Assembly (NCBI GenBank): GCA_965214705.1
Contig: OZ243972.1
Location: 96,001 to 160,000, forward strand
From: Alphaproteobacteria bacterium
GTDB taxonomy: Bacteria > Pseudomonadota > Alphaproteobacteria > UBA828
Direction of reading: 5' to 3'
DNA: 64,000 nucleotides
The stretch's first letter is position 1. The number at the start of each line of letters is the position of its first letter. A model generated the notes under the pieces. It saw only the letters and a list, made by a program, of their open reading frames with translations, searched no databases and had not been told where the DNA came from. Positions 40,786 to 50,474 of this stretch are shown piece after piece. A program made the position numbers and the translations under genes.

Positions 40786-41745
40786 ATGAGCGCGCCCGCG
40801 GTGCTGCTCTGCGGCCACGGCAGCCGCGACGACGCGGCGGTCGCCGAGTTCGAGCACCTCGCCGCCGTGATTGCCGCGCGCTTGCCGGATCGCCGGGTGA
40901 GCCACGGCTTCCTCGAATTCGCGCGGCCCACCATCGGCAGCACGCTGGCGGCGATGCGGGATTCCGGCGCCCGCGCCATCGACGCCGTGCCCGGCATGCT
41001 CTTCGCCGCCGGCCACGCCAAGAACGACATCCCCTCGGTGCTCAACGACTTCGCCGCCGCCAATCCGGAACTCGCGATCCGCTACGGACGCGATCTCGCG
41101 GTCGATCCGCTGCTGCTGCGGGCAGCGGCAGAGCGCATCGAGGCTGCCCAGCAGCCCGGCGACGCCCCACCCGCCGACAGCCTGCTGGTTGTGGTCGGGC
41201 GCGGCACCTCCGACCCCGACGCCAACAGCAACATCGCCAAGGTCACCCGCATGCTGTGGGAGGGTCTGGGCTTCGGCTGGGCGGAGACCTGCTACAGCGG
41301 CGTCACCACGCCTCTGGTCGGGCCCGCGCTGGAGCGGATCGCGGGCTTCGGCTTCCGCCGCATCGTGGTCTTCCCCTACTTCCTCTTCACCGGCGTGCTG
41401 GTGCGGCGCATCTACGACGCGGCGGATGCCGCGGCGCGCGCCCACCCGGAGATCGCCTTCCGCAAGGCCGCCTACCTCAACGACCACCCGCTGGTGGTGG
41501 ACGCCTTCCTCGCGCGCATCGCCGAGATCCCCGAAGGCGACAACCGCATGAACTGCCAGCTCTGCAAGTACCGCGAGCAGATCATCGGGCACGAGGCCGA
41601 CCTCGGCGCGCCCCAGGTGGGCCATCACCACCACGTCGAGGGCATCGGCACCGATGCGGACCACGCCGGCGGCCACGGGCACCATCACCACGGCCACCGC
41701 CACGATCACGGAACCGACGGACATGGCGGCCACAGCCACGGCTGA
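40786..41745 (+). CDS. cbiX: Sirohydrochlorin chelatase CbiX with MxCxxC motif and His-rich tail
   Basis: HGSRD, GFLEFARP, AGHAKND, PYFLFTG and MNCQLC motifs; poly-His C-terminus. Confidence 0.9.
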   Translation: MSAPAVLLCGHGSRDDAAVAEFEHLAAVIAARLPDRRVSHGFLEFARPTIGSTLAAMRDSGARAIDAVPGMLFAAGHAKNDIPSVLNDFAAANPELAIRYGRDLAVDPLLLRAAAERIEAAQQPGDAPPADSLLVVVGRGTSDPDANSNIAKVTRMLWEGLGFGWAETCYSGVTTPLVGPALERIAGFGFRRIVVFPYFLFTGVLVRRIYDAADAAARAHPEIAFRKAAYLNDHPLVVDAFLARIAEIPEGDNRMNCQLCKYREQIIGHEADLGAPQVGHHHHVEGIGTDADHAGGHGHHHHGHRHDHGTDGHGGHSHG

Positions 41746-42379
41746 CTATCTGCGCGACCCGGAGGGGATCACGCAGCGATCCTTCGCCATCATCCGGCGG
41801 GAGACCGATGTTGCCGGCCTGCCGGCGGATTTGGTGGATGTCGCCTACCGCATGGTGCACGCCTCGGGCATGACCGATCTGGTGGCGGACCTCGCCTTCT
41901 CGGCAGGCGTGGCGGGGAAGGCCCGCGGCGCGCTCTCCGCCGGCGCCCCCGTTCTGGCGGATTGCCAGATGGTGGCGTCAGGCATCTCCCGCCGCAGGCT
42001 CGCGGCGGGCAACGAGGTGATCTGCACCCTTGGCGTGCCGGGCCTCGCCGAACGCGCGGCGTCCGCGCAGACCACGCGCTCGGCGGCGGCGGTGGAGCTC
42101 TGGCGGCCGCACTTGGCCGGCGCGCTCTGCGTCATCGGCAACGCGCCCACCGCGCTCTTCCGCCTGCTGGAGCTTCTGGCCGAGGGCGCACCCCGGCCGG
42201 CGGCGATCGTCGCGACGCCTCCGGGCTTCGTGGGCGCGAGCGAAGCCAAGACGGCGCTGGCGGAGGGGCGCCAAGGCGTGCCCTTCCTCACCCTGCTGGG
42301 CCGGCGGGGCGGCAGCGCGGTCGCGGCAGCGGCGGTAAACGCACTCGCGGCACCGCCCGAGGCCGAGGGCACCCCATGA
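41723..42379 (+). CDS. cobH: Precorrin-8X methylmutase
   Basis: SFAIIR, GNAPTALF, PGFVGA and RRGGS motifs; ATG at 41723. Confidence 0.92.
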   Translation: MAATATADYLRDPEGITQRSFAIIRRETDVAGLPADLVDVAYRMVHASGMTDLVADLAFSAGVAGKARGALSAGAPVLADCQMVASGISRRRLAAGNEVICTLGVPGLAERAASAQTTRSAAAVELWRPHLAGALCVIGNAPTALFRLLELLAEGAPRPAAIVATPPGFVGASEAKTALAEGRQGVPFLTLLGRRGGSAVAAAAVNALAAPPEAEGTP

Positions 42380-43584
42380 GCGGCTGGCTCACGGTCGTCG
42401 GCCTCGGCGAGGACGGGCCGGACGCGCTCGCGCCCGCCGCCCGCGCGCTGATCGCGCAGGCGGAGGTGCTGGTCGGCGGCGAGCGGCATCTCGCCATGAT
42501 CCCGGACGGCACCGCACGCCGTCTCACCTGGCGGCGCCCGCTGACGGACACCATGGACGACATTCGCGCGGCGCACGGCCGGCGGGTCGTCGTGCTGGCG
42601 ACCGGCGATCCCTTCTGCTTCGGCATCGGCACCACGCTCCGCCGCGCCTTCCCCGACGAGGAGATCGTGACCATCCCGGCGCCGTCCGCCTTCAGCCTGG
42701 CCCGCGCCCGCCTCGGCTGGAGCGCCGACGAGACCGTGGGCGTGACCCTGCACGGCCGCCCGCTGGAGACCGTCCGCGCCCACCTCGCGCCGGGGCAGCG
42801 CCTGCTGGTGCTCTCCCACGACGGCGCGACGCCTGCGCAGGTCGCGGCGCAGCTCACCGCCGTCGGCTACGGCGCCAGCACGCTCACCGTCTTCGCCCAC
42901 ATGGGCGGGGCCGATGAAACCAGCATGAACGAGCGCGCCGACCGCTGGCGCGAAGCGCAGGTGCCGGACCTCAACACCATCGCCATCGAGTGCCGCGCCG
43001 AAGGCCGCGTGAAGCGCTTTCGCGGCGCGCCGGGCCTGCCCGACCGCGCGTTCGAGAACGACGGGCAGCTCACCAAGCGCGAGATTCGGGTGCAGACCGT
43101 GAGCGCGCTCGACCCGCGACCCGGTGCGCTGCTCTGGGACGTGGGCGCGGGCTCCGGCTCGGTGGCGATCGAATGGCTTCTGAGCGAGCGCACCGCGAAT
43201 GCCGTGGCGGTCGAGCGCGACGCGGAGCGCTGCGCCCGCATCGCCCGCAACGCAGCGGCCCTCGGCGTGCCGCGCCTCACGGTGCAGGAGGGCGCGGCGC
43301 CGGAGGCGCTGGAGCTCTTGCTGGTGCCCGACGCGGTCTTCATCGGCGGCGGGCTTGCCGTCGGCGGCCTGATCGAGACCTGCTGGGCGAGGCTCGCGCC
43401 CGGCGGCACACTTGTGGCCAACGCCGTCACTGTCGCCGGCGAAGCGGTCCTTGCCGACTGGTGCGCGCGCCACGACGGCATCATGGTCCGGCTCTCGGTC
43501 TCCCGCGCCCGGCCCGTGGGCCGCCACCTCGCCTGGCGCCCACTGATGCCGGTCACCCAGCTCACGCTCGTCAAGGCACGATGA
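42376..43584 (+). CDS. cobL: Precorrin-6Y C5,15-methyltransferase (decarboxylating)
   Basis: LATGDPFCFGIG, GQLTKREIR and WDVGAGSGSV motifs. Confidence 0.93.
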   Translation: MSGWLTVVGLGEDGPDALAPAARALIAQAEVLVGGERHLAMIPDGTARRLTWRRPLTDTMDDIRAAHGRRVVVLATGDPFCFGIGTTLRRAFPDEEIVTIPAPSAFSLARARLGWSADETVGVTLHGRPLETVRAHLAPGQRLLVLSHDGATPAQVAAQLTAVGYGASTLTVFAHMGGADETSMNERADRWREAQVPDLNTIAIECRAEGRVKRFRGAPGLPDRAFENDGQLTKREIRVQTVSALDPRPGALLWDVGAGSGSVAIEWLLSERTANAVAVERDAERCARIARNAAALGVPRLTVQEGAAPEALELLLVPDAVFIGGGLAVGGLIETCWARLAPGGTLVANAVTVAGEAVLADWCARHDGIMVRLSVSRARPVGRHLAWRPLMPVTQLTLVKAR

Positions 43585-44282
43585 CCGGCCTGCTCAGCGG
43601 CATCGGCGTCGGCCCCGGCGACCCCGACCTGATCACGCTCAAGGCGCTGAAGGCGCTCCAGCGGGCTGCTGTGGTGGCCTACCCCGCACCGCCCGAGGGC
43701 GAGAGCCTCGCCCGCAGCATCGCCGCGCCCCATTTCCCCGGCGGGCAGGAGGAGATCGCCATCCGCATGCCGCTGGAACCCGGAAGCTTCCCGGCCGCCG
43801 AGGTCTACGAAGAGGCGGCGGCGACCCTCGGCGCGCGGCTCGATGCGGGCCGAGACATCGCCGTGCTCTGCGAGGGCGATCCCTTCGTCTACGGCTCCTT
43901 CCTCTACCTGTTCGAACGCTTGGCCCAACGCCACCGGGTGGAGGTGATCCCCGGCGTCTCCTCGCCCATGGCCTGCGCCGCCGCGCTCGGCCTGCCGCTC
44001 GCTGCACGCAACGACGTGCTGGCGGTGATCCCGGCGCCCCTCGACGACCAGCGCCTCACCGCCCAGCTCACCAACTGCGATGCGGCGGCCATCGTCAAGG
44101 TGGGTCGCCACCTGGAGAAGGTGCGCCGCGTGCTCGATGCACTCGGCCTGTTGGGGCATGCGCACTACGTCGAGCGCGCTTCCATGGTGGCGGAGCGCAT
44201 CCTGCCGCTGGCCGAGGTGGAGCCGCCGGCGCCCTACTTCTCCATGGTCATCGTCCACAAGCGGGGCGCGGCATGGCGTTGA
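43581..44282 (+). CDS. cobI: Precorrin-2 C20-methyltransferase
   Basis: GVGPGDPDLITLKA, EGDPFVYGSF and APYFS motifs. Confidence 0.92.
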   Translation: MTGLLSGIGVGPGDPDLITLKALKALQRAAVVAYPAPPEGESLARSIAAPHFPGGQEEIAIRMPLEPGSFPAAEVYEEAAATLGARLDAGRDIAVLCEGDPFVYGSFLYLFERLAQRHRVEVIPGVSSPMACAAALGLPLAARNDVLAVIPAPLDDQRLTAQLTNCDAAAIVKVGRHLEKVRRVLDALGLLGHAHYVERASMVAERILPLAEVEPPAPYFSMVIVHKRGAAWR

Positions 44283-46129
44283 ACGCCCCCGCCGTCGCGA
44301 TCCTGGATGCGCGCCAGGTCCCGCTCGCGCGCCGCATCGCGTCCGCGTTGCCCAATGCGGCGGTCCATGGTCCCGCGTCCCTGCGGGACGACGCCGATGT
44401 CGCCTACGAACGGCTCGCGCCCCATCTCGGGGCCCTGTTCCGGGCCGGCACGCCCATCGTCGGCGTGTGCGCCGCCGGCATCCTCATCCGCCTGCTCGGC
44501 CCCCATCTGGCGGACAAGGGCGCCGAGCCGCCGGTGCTCGCGGTCTCCGACGACGGGCGGAGCGTCGTGCCGCTGCTGGGCGGCCACCACGGAGCGAACC
44601 GGCTTGCCCGCGCCATTGCCGATGCCCTCGGCGCCCACGCTGCGATCACCACGGCGGGCGATGCGGCCCTGGGCTTCGCCCTCGACGCGCCGCCTGCGGG
44701 CTGGCGCCTCGCCGAAGGCGCGCGGGTGAAGGCGGTCACCGCCGCGCTGCTCGCCGGCGAGCCGGTGCGCCTCGTGACCGAGGCGGCGTCTGCCGACTGG
44801 CTCACCGCTGACGGCGCGCCGTTCGGGGATTGGGGCCGCCTCACTCTCCACGTCACCCATCGGAGCGTGGTTCCGGGGGACGACGCAGCCGATGTCACGC
44901 TGCATCCCGCGGTCCTGGCCCTCGGCCTCGGCTGCGAACGGGACTGCGCACCCGAAGAGCTTGTCCAGCTGGCTGAGCGCACGCTGGCCGCCGGCGGGCT
45001 CGCGCCCGAGGCGGTGGCCTGCGTCGCCTCCCTCGACCTGAAGGCGGACGAGCCGGCGGTGAATGCGGTCGCGGACTGGCTCGGCGTGCCGCTCCGCGTC
45101 TTCGATGCCGCGGCCTTGGAGCGCGAGACCCCGCGCCTCACGACACCGTCCGACGTGGTGTTTCGCGCGGTCGGCTGCCACGGCGTGGCGGAGGCCGCAG
45201 CACTCGCCTGCGCCGGTGCGGACGGCACCCTCGCCATGCCCAAGGCACGGAGCGCGCGCGGCACCTGCGCCATCGCCCGGGCGCCCGCGATCATCGAGCC
45301 GGAGCGCTGCGGGCGTGGACGCGGGCGGGTCACCGTCGTCGGCATCGGCCCCGGCGCGCGCGCGTGGCGAACTCCGGGGGCCGACGCCGCCATCGCCGGC
45401 GCCACCGACCTCGTGGGCTACGACCGTTATCTCGACCTGCTCGGCTCGCCGCCGCCGGGCTGCGCACGCCACGCCTACCCCATCGGCGCCGAGGAGGAGC
45501 GCTGCCGGACCGCCCTCGCGCTCGCAGCCGGAGGTCGTCGCGTCGCCCTGGTCTCCTCCGGCGATGCCGGGGTCTACGGCATGGCCTCGCTGCTCTTCGA
45601 GCTGCTGGACGGAGCGGCCGCCGAGCCCCGATGGCGCGGCATCGCGCTTGCGGTGGAGCCCGGCATCAGCGCGCTCCAAGCCGCCGCGGCGCGCGCTGGC
45701 GCGCCCATCGGCCACGATTTCTGTGCCATCTCCCTCTCCGACCTGCTGACGCCCTGGCCCGCGATCGCGCGCCGGCTGCGGGCCGCCGCCGCGGCCGACT
45801 TCGTGGTGGCGCTCTACAACCCCGCGTCGCAGAAACGCCGCGGCCGACTCGTGGAGGCCCGGAATATCCTCGCCGCCAATCGGCCGCTCGACTGCCCCGT
45901 GGTCGTTGCGCGCAATCTCGGACGTAAGGGCGAGCGAGTCGACGTCACCACCCTGGCCGGCCTCGATACCGACGCGGTCGACATGCTCACCGTCATCGTC
46001 GTCGGCAGCAGTCAGACCCGGCGGGTGGAGCGCGGCGGCCGGGCGTGGCTCTACACGCCGCGCGGCTACGCACCGGGCGGAGCCGAGACAGAGGACAGGT
46101 CGGCGCCTCGCGCGGCGGAGGGTGCGTGA
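44273..46129 (+). CDS. cobJ: CbiG-CobJ fusion (precorrin-3B C17-methyltransferase)
   Basis: N-terminal CbiG ([24 protein letters not shown]) and C-terminal CobJ ([31 protein letters not shown]). Confidence 0.9.
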   Translation: MALNAPAVAILDARQVPLARRIASALPNAAVHGPASLRDDADVAYERLAPHLGALFRAGTPIVGVCAAGILIRLLGPHLADKGAEPPVLAVSDDGRSVVPLLGGHHGANRLARAIADALGAHAAITTAGDAALGFALDAPPAGWRLAEGARVKAVTAALLAGEPVRLVTEAASADWLTADGAPFGDWGRLTLHVTHRSVVPGDDAADVTLHPAVLALGLGCERDCAPEELVQLAERTLAAGGLAPEAVACVASLDLKADEPAVNAVADWLGVPLRVFDAAALERETPRLTTPSDVVFRAVGCHGVAEAAALACAGADGTLAMPKARSARGTCAIARAPAIIEPERCGRGRGRVTVVGIGPGARAWRTPGADAAIAGATDLVGYDRYLDLLGSPPPGCARHAYPIGAEEERCRTALALAAGGRRVALVSSGDAGVYGMASLLFELLDGAAAEPRWRGIALAVEPGISALQAAAARAGAPIGHDFCAISLSDLLTPWPAIARRLRAAAAADFVVALYNPASQKRRGRLVEARNILAANRPLDCPVVVARNLGRKGERVDVTTLAGLDTDAVDMLTVIVVGSSQTRRVERGGRAWLYTPRGYAPGGAETEDRSAPRAAEGA

Positions 46130-46890
46130 CGGTCCACTTCATCGGCGCAGGCCCCGGTGCGCCGGACCTGATCACGGTGCGGGGGCTCACGTTGCTGCGC
46201 CGCTGCCCGGTGGTGCTCTACGCGGGCTCGCTGGTGCCGCCCATGATCCTCGAAGAAGCCCCGGCGGGTGCGCGCATCGTCGACACCGCACCCCTCGACC
46301 TCGACGCGATCATCGCCGAGATGCAGCAGGCAGAGGCAGAGGGCCACGAGGTTGCCCGGCTGCATTCCGGCGATCCCTCGCTCTACGGCGCCATCGCCGA
46401 GCAGATGCGCCGCCTCGACCACCTCGGCATTCCTTACGACGTGACCCCCGGCGTGCCCGCCTACGCGGCGGCGGCGGCGGCGCTCAAGCAGGAGCTCACG
46501 CTCCCCGGCATCGCCCAGACCGTGATTCTGACGCGGACCGCCGTGCGCGCGTCCTCCATGCCCGACGACGAGCAGCTGGAGACCCTCGCCGCAGCCGGCG
46601 GGACGCTGGCCATCCACCTCTCCATCAACAACCTCGCGAACGTGACCCGCGCGCTGATCCCCCATCGCGGGGCGGACTGCCCTACCATCGTCGCCTATCG
46701 CGTGAGCTGGCCGGATGAGCGGATCGTGCGCGGCACCCTCGGCACCATCCGGGACAAGGTGAAGGCGCTCGGCCTGACGCGGACCGCGCTGATCCTGGTG
46801 GGCCGGGCCCTGGACACACCCGACTTCGACGAGAGCCAGCTCTACGATCCCGCTCACCACCACGTGCTGCGCCCGCGGCGAAAGGCCTGA
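46126..46890 (+). CDS. cobM: Precorrin-4 C11-methyltransferase
   Basis: [24 protein letters not shown] and RLHSGDPS motifs; GTGA overlap. Confidence 0.93.
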   Translation: MTVHFIGAGPGAPDLITVRGLTLLRRCPVVLYAGSLVPPMILEEAPAGARIVDTAPLDLDAIIAEMQQAEAEGHEVARLHSGDPSLYGAIAEQMRRLDHLGIPYDVTPGVPAYAAAAAALKQELTLPGIAQTVILTRTAVRASSMPDDEQLETLAAAGGTLAIHLSINNLANVTRALIPHRGADCPTIVAYRVSWPDERIVRGTLGTIRDKVKALGLTRTALILVGRALDTPDFDESQLYDPAHHHVLRPRRKA

Positions 46891-47661
46891 CTACGCCTCC
46901 CCGAGGCGCTCTTCGATCCAGGCAAGCGCCTCCTCGACCGAGGAGGCGCACGGGCCGGGCGGGGGCGGCGGGCGGCGCACCATCACCACGGGCAGCCCGA
47001 GTGCCCGCGCCGCCGCGAGCTTGGCCGCTGTCGCCTCGCCGCCGCTCGCACGGGTGACCAGGCAATCGATGTTGTGGGCCTCGAGCAGCGCGCGCTCGTC
47101 TTCCTCCGCGAACGGCCCGCGCGCGCAGATCAGCCGGTGACGAGCCAGCGGGATCGGCTCTGCCGGCTCGTCCACCAGCCGCACCAGGAACCAGAGGTCG
47201 GCGCGGGCGGCGAAGGGCGCGAGCGAGCGCACGCCCACGGTGAGGAACACGCGTTTGGCTTCGACTGGAATCGCCGTCGCGGCCTCCTCCACCGTGGCGA
47301 CGTCGATCCAGCGATCGTCCGGCACGGGCTGCCAGGGTGGGCGCACCAGCACCAGGCGCTCTGTCCCCGCCTGCGCCGCCGCCTCGCACGCCTGGGCCGA
47401 GATTTGCGTGGCGTAGGGGTGGGTGGCGTCGATCAAGAGGCCGATCCGCTCGTCCCTGAGATAGGCGGCCAGGCCGTCCGCCCCGCCGAAGCCGCCGATA
47501 CGGACCTCGCCCGCCGGCAGGATCGGCGCGCGCGTGCGGCCGGCCAGCGCCGAAATCACCGTCAGCGACGGGCCGAAGCGCGCCTCAGCCGCCTCGGCCA
47601 GCGCGCGGCCCTCGGCGGTGCCGCCCAGGATCAGCAGCCGTTCAGGGGCCGGCGCGGCCAA
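46891..47661 (-). CDS. cobK: Precorrin-6A reductase
   Basis: LILGGTAEG, GGFGG, DATHPYA and RGPF motifs. Confidence 0.93.
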   Translation of the reverse strand: MAAPAPERLLILGGTAEGRALAEAAEARFGPSLTVISALAGRTRAPILPAGEVRIGGFGGADGLAAYLRDERIGLLIDATHPYATQISAQACEAAAQAGTERLVLVRPPWQPVPDDRWIDVATVEEAATAIPVEAKRVFLTVGVRSLAPFAARADLWFLVRLVDEPAEPIPLARHRLICARGPFAEEDERALLEAHNIDCLVTRASGGEATAAKLAAARALGLPVVMVRRPPPPPGPCASSVEEALAWIEERLGEA

Positions 47662-48742
47662 CGATGCTGCCCGTGCGGTCGACGATGAGCACGTCCACGC
47701 GGGGCGTGAGCCGAGCGCCTTCTAGCACGCCCTCGGCCACCGCGCGCGCCTCTGCGGCGATGGCATCGGCAAGCGGGAGGCCGGCCGCTGTCGCGATCTC
47801 CAGGATCGCCCCGGCCGAGCCGGCATCCTTGGCGTGCGCCAGCGTCTCCTCCGACGCCCCGAGGGTCGCCAGACGGCGGACGAGTCCCTTGCGGTCCACC
47901 GTGCTGCGCTGCGAATGCAGGTCCATGTGGCCGTCGGCGAGCTTGCTGATCTTGCCGAAGCCGCCGGCGATGGTGAGCCGCGGCACCGGCTTGCGCCGGA
48001 TCAGCTTCAGCGTGGCGCCGACGAAATCGCCCATGTCGATCAGCGCCGCCTCGTCCAGGCCGTAGAGCGCCTGCGCCGCTTGCTCCGAGACCCGGCCCGT
48101 CGCAGCCGCGAGGTTGGGGGCGCCAGCGGCGGCCGCCACGTCGATCCCCTGCCGGATCGAGGCGATCCACGCGGCGCAGGAGTAGGGCTTGACGATGCCG
48201 GACGTGCCGAGCACCGAGAGCCCGCCGACGATGCCGAGGCGGCCGTTCATCGTCTGCCGCGCGAGCCGGCGTCCATCCGGGATTGCGATGGCGACGGAGA
48301 CATCGGCAGGCCCGCCCAGCGCGGGCGCGAGGTTGCCCAGCATCTCCGCGATCATCTTGCGGGGCGCCGGGTTGATCGCGGGCTCGCCCACCGCGAGGCT
48401 GAGGCCCGGCCTGGTCACGATGCCGACGCCTTCGCCCGCGCGGAACACGATTCCTGCACCCGCCGGCGCGGTCCGTACCCAGGCTTCGACCAGCGCGCCA
48501 TGGGTCACGTCCGGGTCGTCGCCCGCATCCTTGCGCACGCCGGCGCGGCCGTGGCCCTCGCCGCGCTCGGCCACCACCAGAGGGAAGGAGGGTGCCTCGC
48601 CGCCCGGCAGCGTCACCGACACCGGGTCGGGGAAGCGCCCGGTGACCAGCGCCGTGTAGGCCGCGCGGGTCGCGGCCGCGGCGCAGGCGCCGGTGGTCCA
48701 GCCCGACCTCAGCTCGCCGGCTCTGCCCGATCGTTCCGTCAT
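47642..48742 (-). CDS. cbiD: Cobalt-precorrin-5B C1-methyltransferase
   Basis: GWTTGACA, KDAGDDPDVTHG and NGRLGIVGGLSVLGTSG motifs; ATG at 48742. Confidence 0.93.
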   Translation of the reverse strand: MTERSGRAGELRSGWTTGACAAAATRAAYTALVTGRFPDPVSVTLPGGEAPSFPLVVAERGEGHGRAGVRKDAGDDPDVTHGALVEAWVRTAPAGAGIVFRAGEGVGIVTRPGLSLAVGEPAINPAPRKMIAEMLGNLAPALGGPADVSVAIAIPDGRRLARQTMNGRLGIVGGLSVLGTSGIVKPYSCAAWIASIRQGIDVAAAAGAPNLAAATGRVSEQAAQALYGLDEAALIDMGDFVGATLKLIRRKPVPRLTIAGGFGKISKLADGHMDLHSQRSTVDRKGLVRRLATLGASEETLAHAKDAGSAGAILEIATAAGLPLADAIAAEARAVAEGVLEGARLTPRVDVLIVDRTGSIVGRAGP

Positions 48743-48782
48743 GCCGCCGGTTATACCGCGCGGGCCACGACCGTGGTGAGAA

Positions 48783-49667
48783 ATGCTGGCGAGCCGGTGT
48801 AGAGTGCGGCGATGGACGACGCTTTTCCGCCCCCCCCGCAGGCCCGCGCTGCCTGCCATCGAGCCCGGCTCCGTCTGGCTCGTCGGCGCAGGCCCCGGCG
48901 ATCCGGGTCTGCTCACGCTCCACGCCGCGAATGCGCTCGCGGTGGCCGATTGCGTGGTCTACGACGCCCTGGTCTCGCCCGAGATTCTGGCGCTGGCCCG
49001 GCCGGGCGCGGCACTCGAATACGCCGGCAAGCGGGGCGGCAAGCCATCGGCAAGCCAGCCCGACATCTGCGGCCGGCTGATACGCCTCGCCCGGCAGGGA
49101 CAGCGCGTGCTGCGCCTCAAGGGCGGCGATCCCTTCGTCTTCGGTCGGGGTGGGGAGGAGGCGCTGGCGCTCGCCGCAGCCCGCATCCCGTTTCGGCTCG
49201 TGCCGGGCGTCACTGCGGCCGCCGGCGGCCTGGCGGCGGCCGGCATTCCCATGACCCATCGCACCACCAATTCGGCGGTGACCCTGCTCACGGGCCACGA
49301 CGCGGCCGGCGGCGTGCCGGACGGGCTCGACTGGCAGGCCATCGCCCAAGGCGCGCCGGTGCTGATCTTCTACATGGCGCTCCGCCAGCTCGACGCGATT
49401 GCCGCGCGGCTCACCCGGAGCGGCCTCTCGGGCGAGACCCCGGTAGCGCTCATCAGCCATGCCACCACCGGGGCCGAGCGCGTGATCGAGGCCCCGCTGT
49501 CCGAGGCGGCGACGACGGCCGAGCGTGCAGGCATCGAGGCGCCCTGCCTCGTCGTCGTGGGCGACGTCGTGCGGCTCCGCCGGGCGCTGGACCCGGCGGC
49601 GACGGTGGAAGCGCGGGCCGAGGCGGCCGAGTCGCTTGCCCGGCACTGGCGCCGCGCCGCCGGTTGA
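48783..49667 (+). CDS. cobA: Uroporphyrinogen-III C-methyltransferase (start uncertain; possible frameshift in a C8 tract)
   Basis: VWLVGAGPGDPGLLT, RLKGGDPFVFGRGGEE and PGVTAA motifs. Confidence 0.9.
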   Translation: MLASRCRVRRWTTLFRPPRRPALPAIEPGSVWLVGAGPGDPGLLTLHAANALAVADCVVYDALVSPEILALARPGAALEYAGKRGGKPSASQPDICGRLIRLARQGQRVLRLKGGDPFVFGRGGEEALALAAARIPFRLVPGVTAAAGGLAAAGIPMTHRTTNSAVTLLTGHDAAGGVPDGLDWQAIAQGAPVLIFYMALRQLDAIAARLTRSGLSGETPVALISHATTGAERVIEAPLSEAATTAERAGIEAPCLVVVGDVVRLRRALDPAATVEARAEAAESLARHWRRAAG

Positions 49668-49760
49668 CGAGGAAGAGGCAAGACCGAATCCTTTTGCCGC
49701 GCAGGGCATGGCAGGGCTAGTCTGGCGCCCTGAAGACTCCCCGAACGCGCAAACCAGCTC

Positions 49761-50468
49761 ATGTGGAAGGAACTCGGCAAATTCGGCATGGGACCGCCGT
49801 CCGGCGGCGGCGGCGACCAGCAGCCCGGGCGTGGCGGCGGTAGGCAGTCGCCCCTGGGCCGCAACCCGTTGCTCTGGATCCTGATAATCGGCGCGATCCT
49901 GATCTACACGCAGATGGATGGCTCGGGCTCGATTTTCGGCCCCATGGATCAGAGCCACGTGTCCCGCATGGCGGTCTCGCCGGACCAGGTCGTCGGCGAT
50001 TTCGCGCTGGTCGACCACACCGGCACGCCGCGCACCGACGAAGACTTCCACGGCGCCTATTCGCTCTACTATTTCGGCTTCACCTGGTGCCCGGATGTCT
50101 GCCCGTCCGCCATGCTGGTCATGGCGCAGGTGGTCGAGGATCTGACGGCTCAGAACATGACGGTGCAGCCGATATTCGTCACCGTCGATCCCCAGCGCGA
50201 CACGGTGGAGAAGCTCGCCGCCTATGTCGCGCAGCTCCCCGGCCTGATCGGGCTCACCGGCTCGGACGTGCAGGTCGCGCAGGCGCTCCAGTCCTTCGGC
50301 ATCACCCGGCGCTCGCAGGCGGACGGGCCGGACGATACCAGTTATCAAGTCGACCATACGTCGCTGTTCTACCTGATGGGGCCGGACGGCACGTTCATCC
50401 AGCATTACCTGCCGACCCAGGGGCCCACGCAGATCGCTCTCGAAATCGAGCGCGAGCTCACGGGCTGA
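49761..50468 (+). CDS. SCO/SenC-family protein
   Basis: N-terminal TM helix; YFGFTWCPDVCP, VTVDPQRD and VDHT motifs. Confidence 0.9.
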   Translation: MWKELGKFGMGPPSGGGGDQQPGRGGGRQSPLGRNPLLWILIIGAILIYTQMDGSGSIFGPMDQSHVSRMAVSPDQVVGDFALVDHTGTPRTDEDFHGAYSLYYFGFTWCPDVCPSAMLVMAQVVEDLTAQNMTVQPIFVTVDPQRDTVEKLAAYVAQLPGLIGLTGSDVQVAQALQSFGITRRSQADGPDDTSYQVDHTSLFYLMGPDGTFIQHYLPTQGPTQIALEIERELTG

Positions 50469-50474
50469 GCGTCC

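Noticed and set aside
41620-41745. CAC/GGC-rich repeats at the end of cbiX
   Set aside because: Explained by the known His-rich metal-binding tail of long CbiX proteins.
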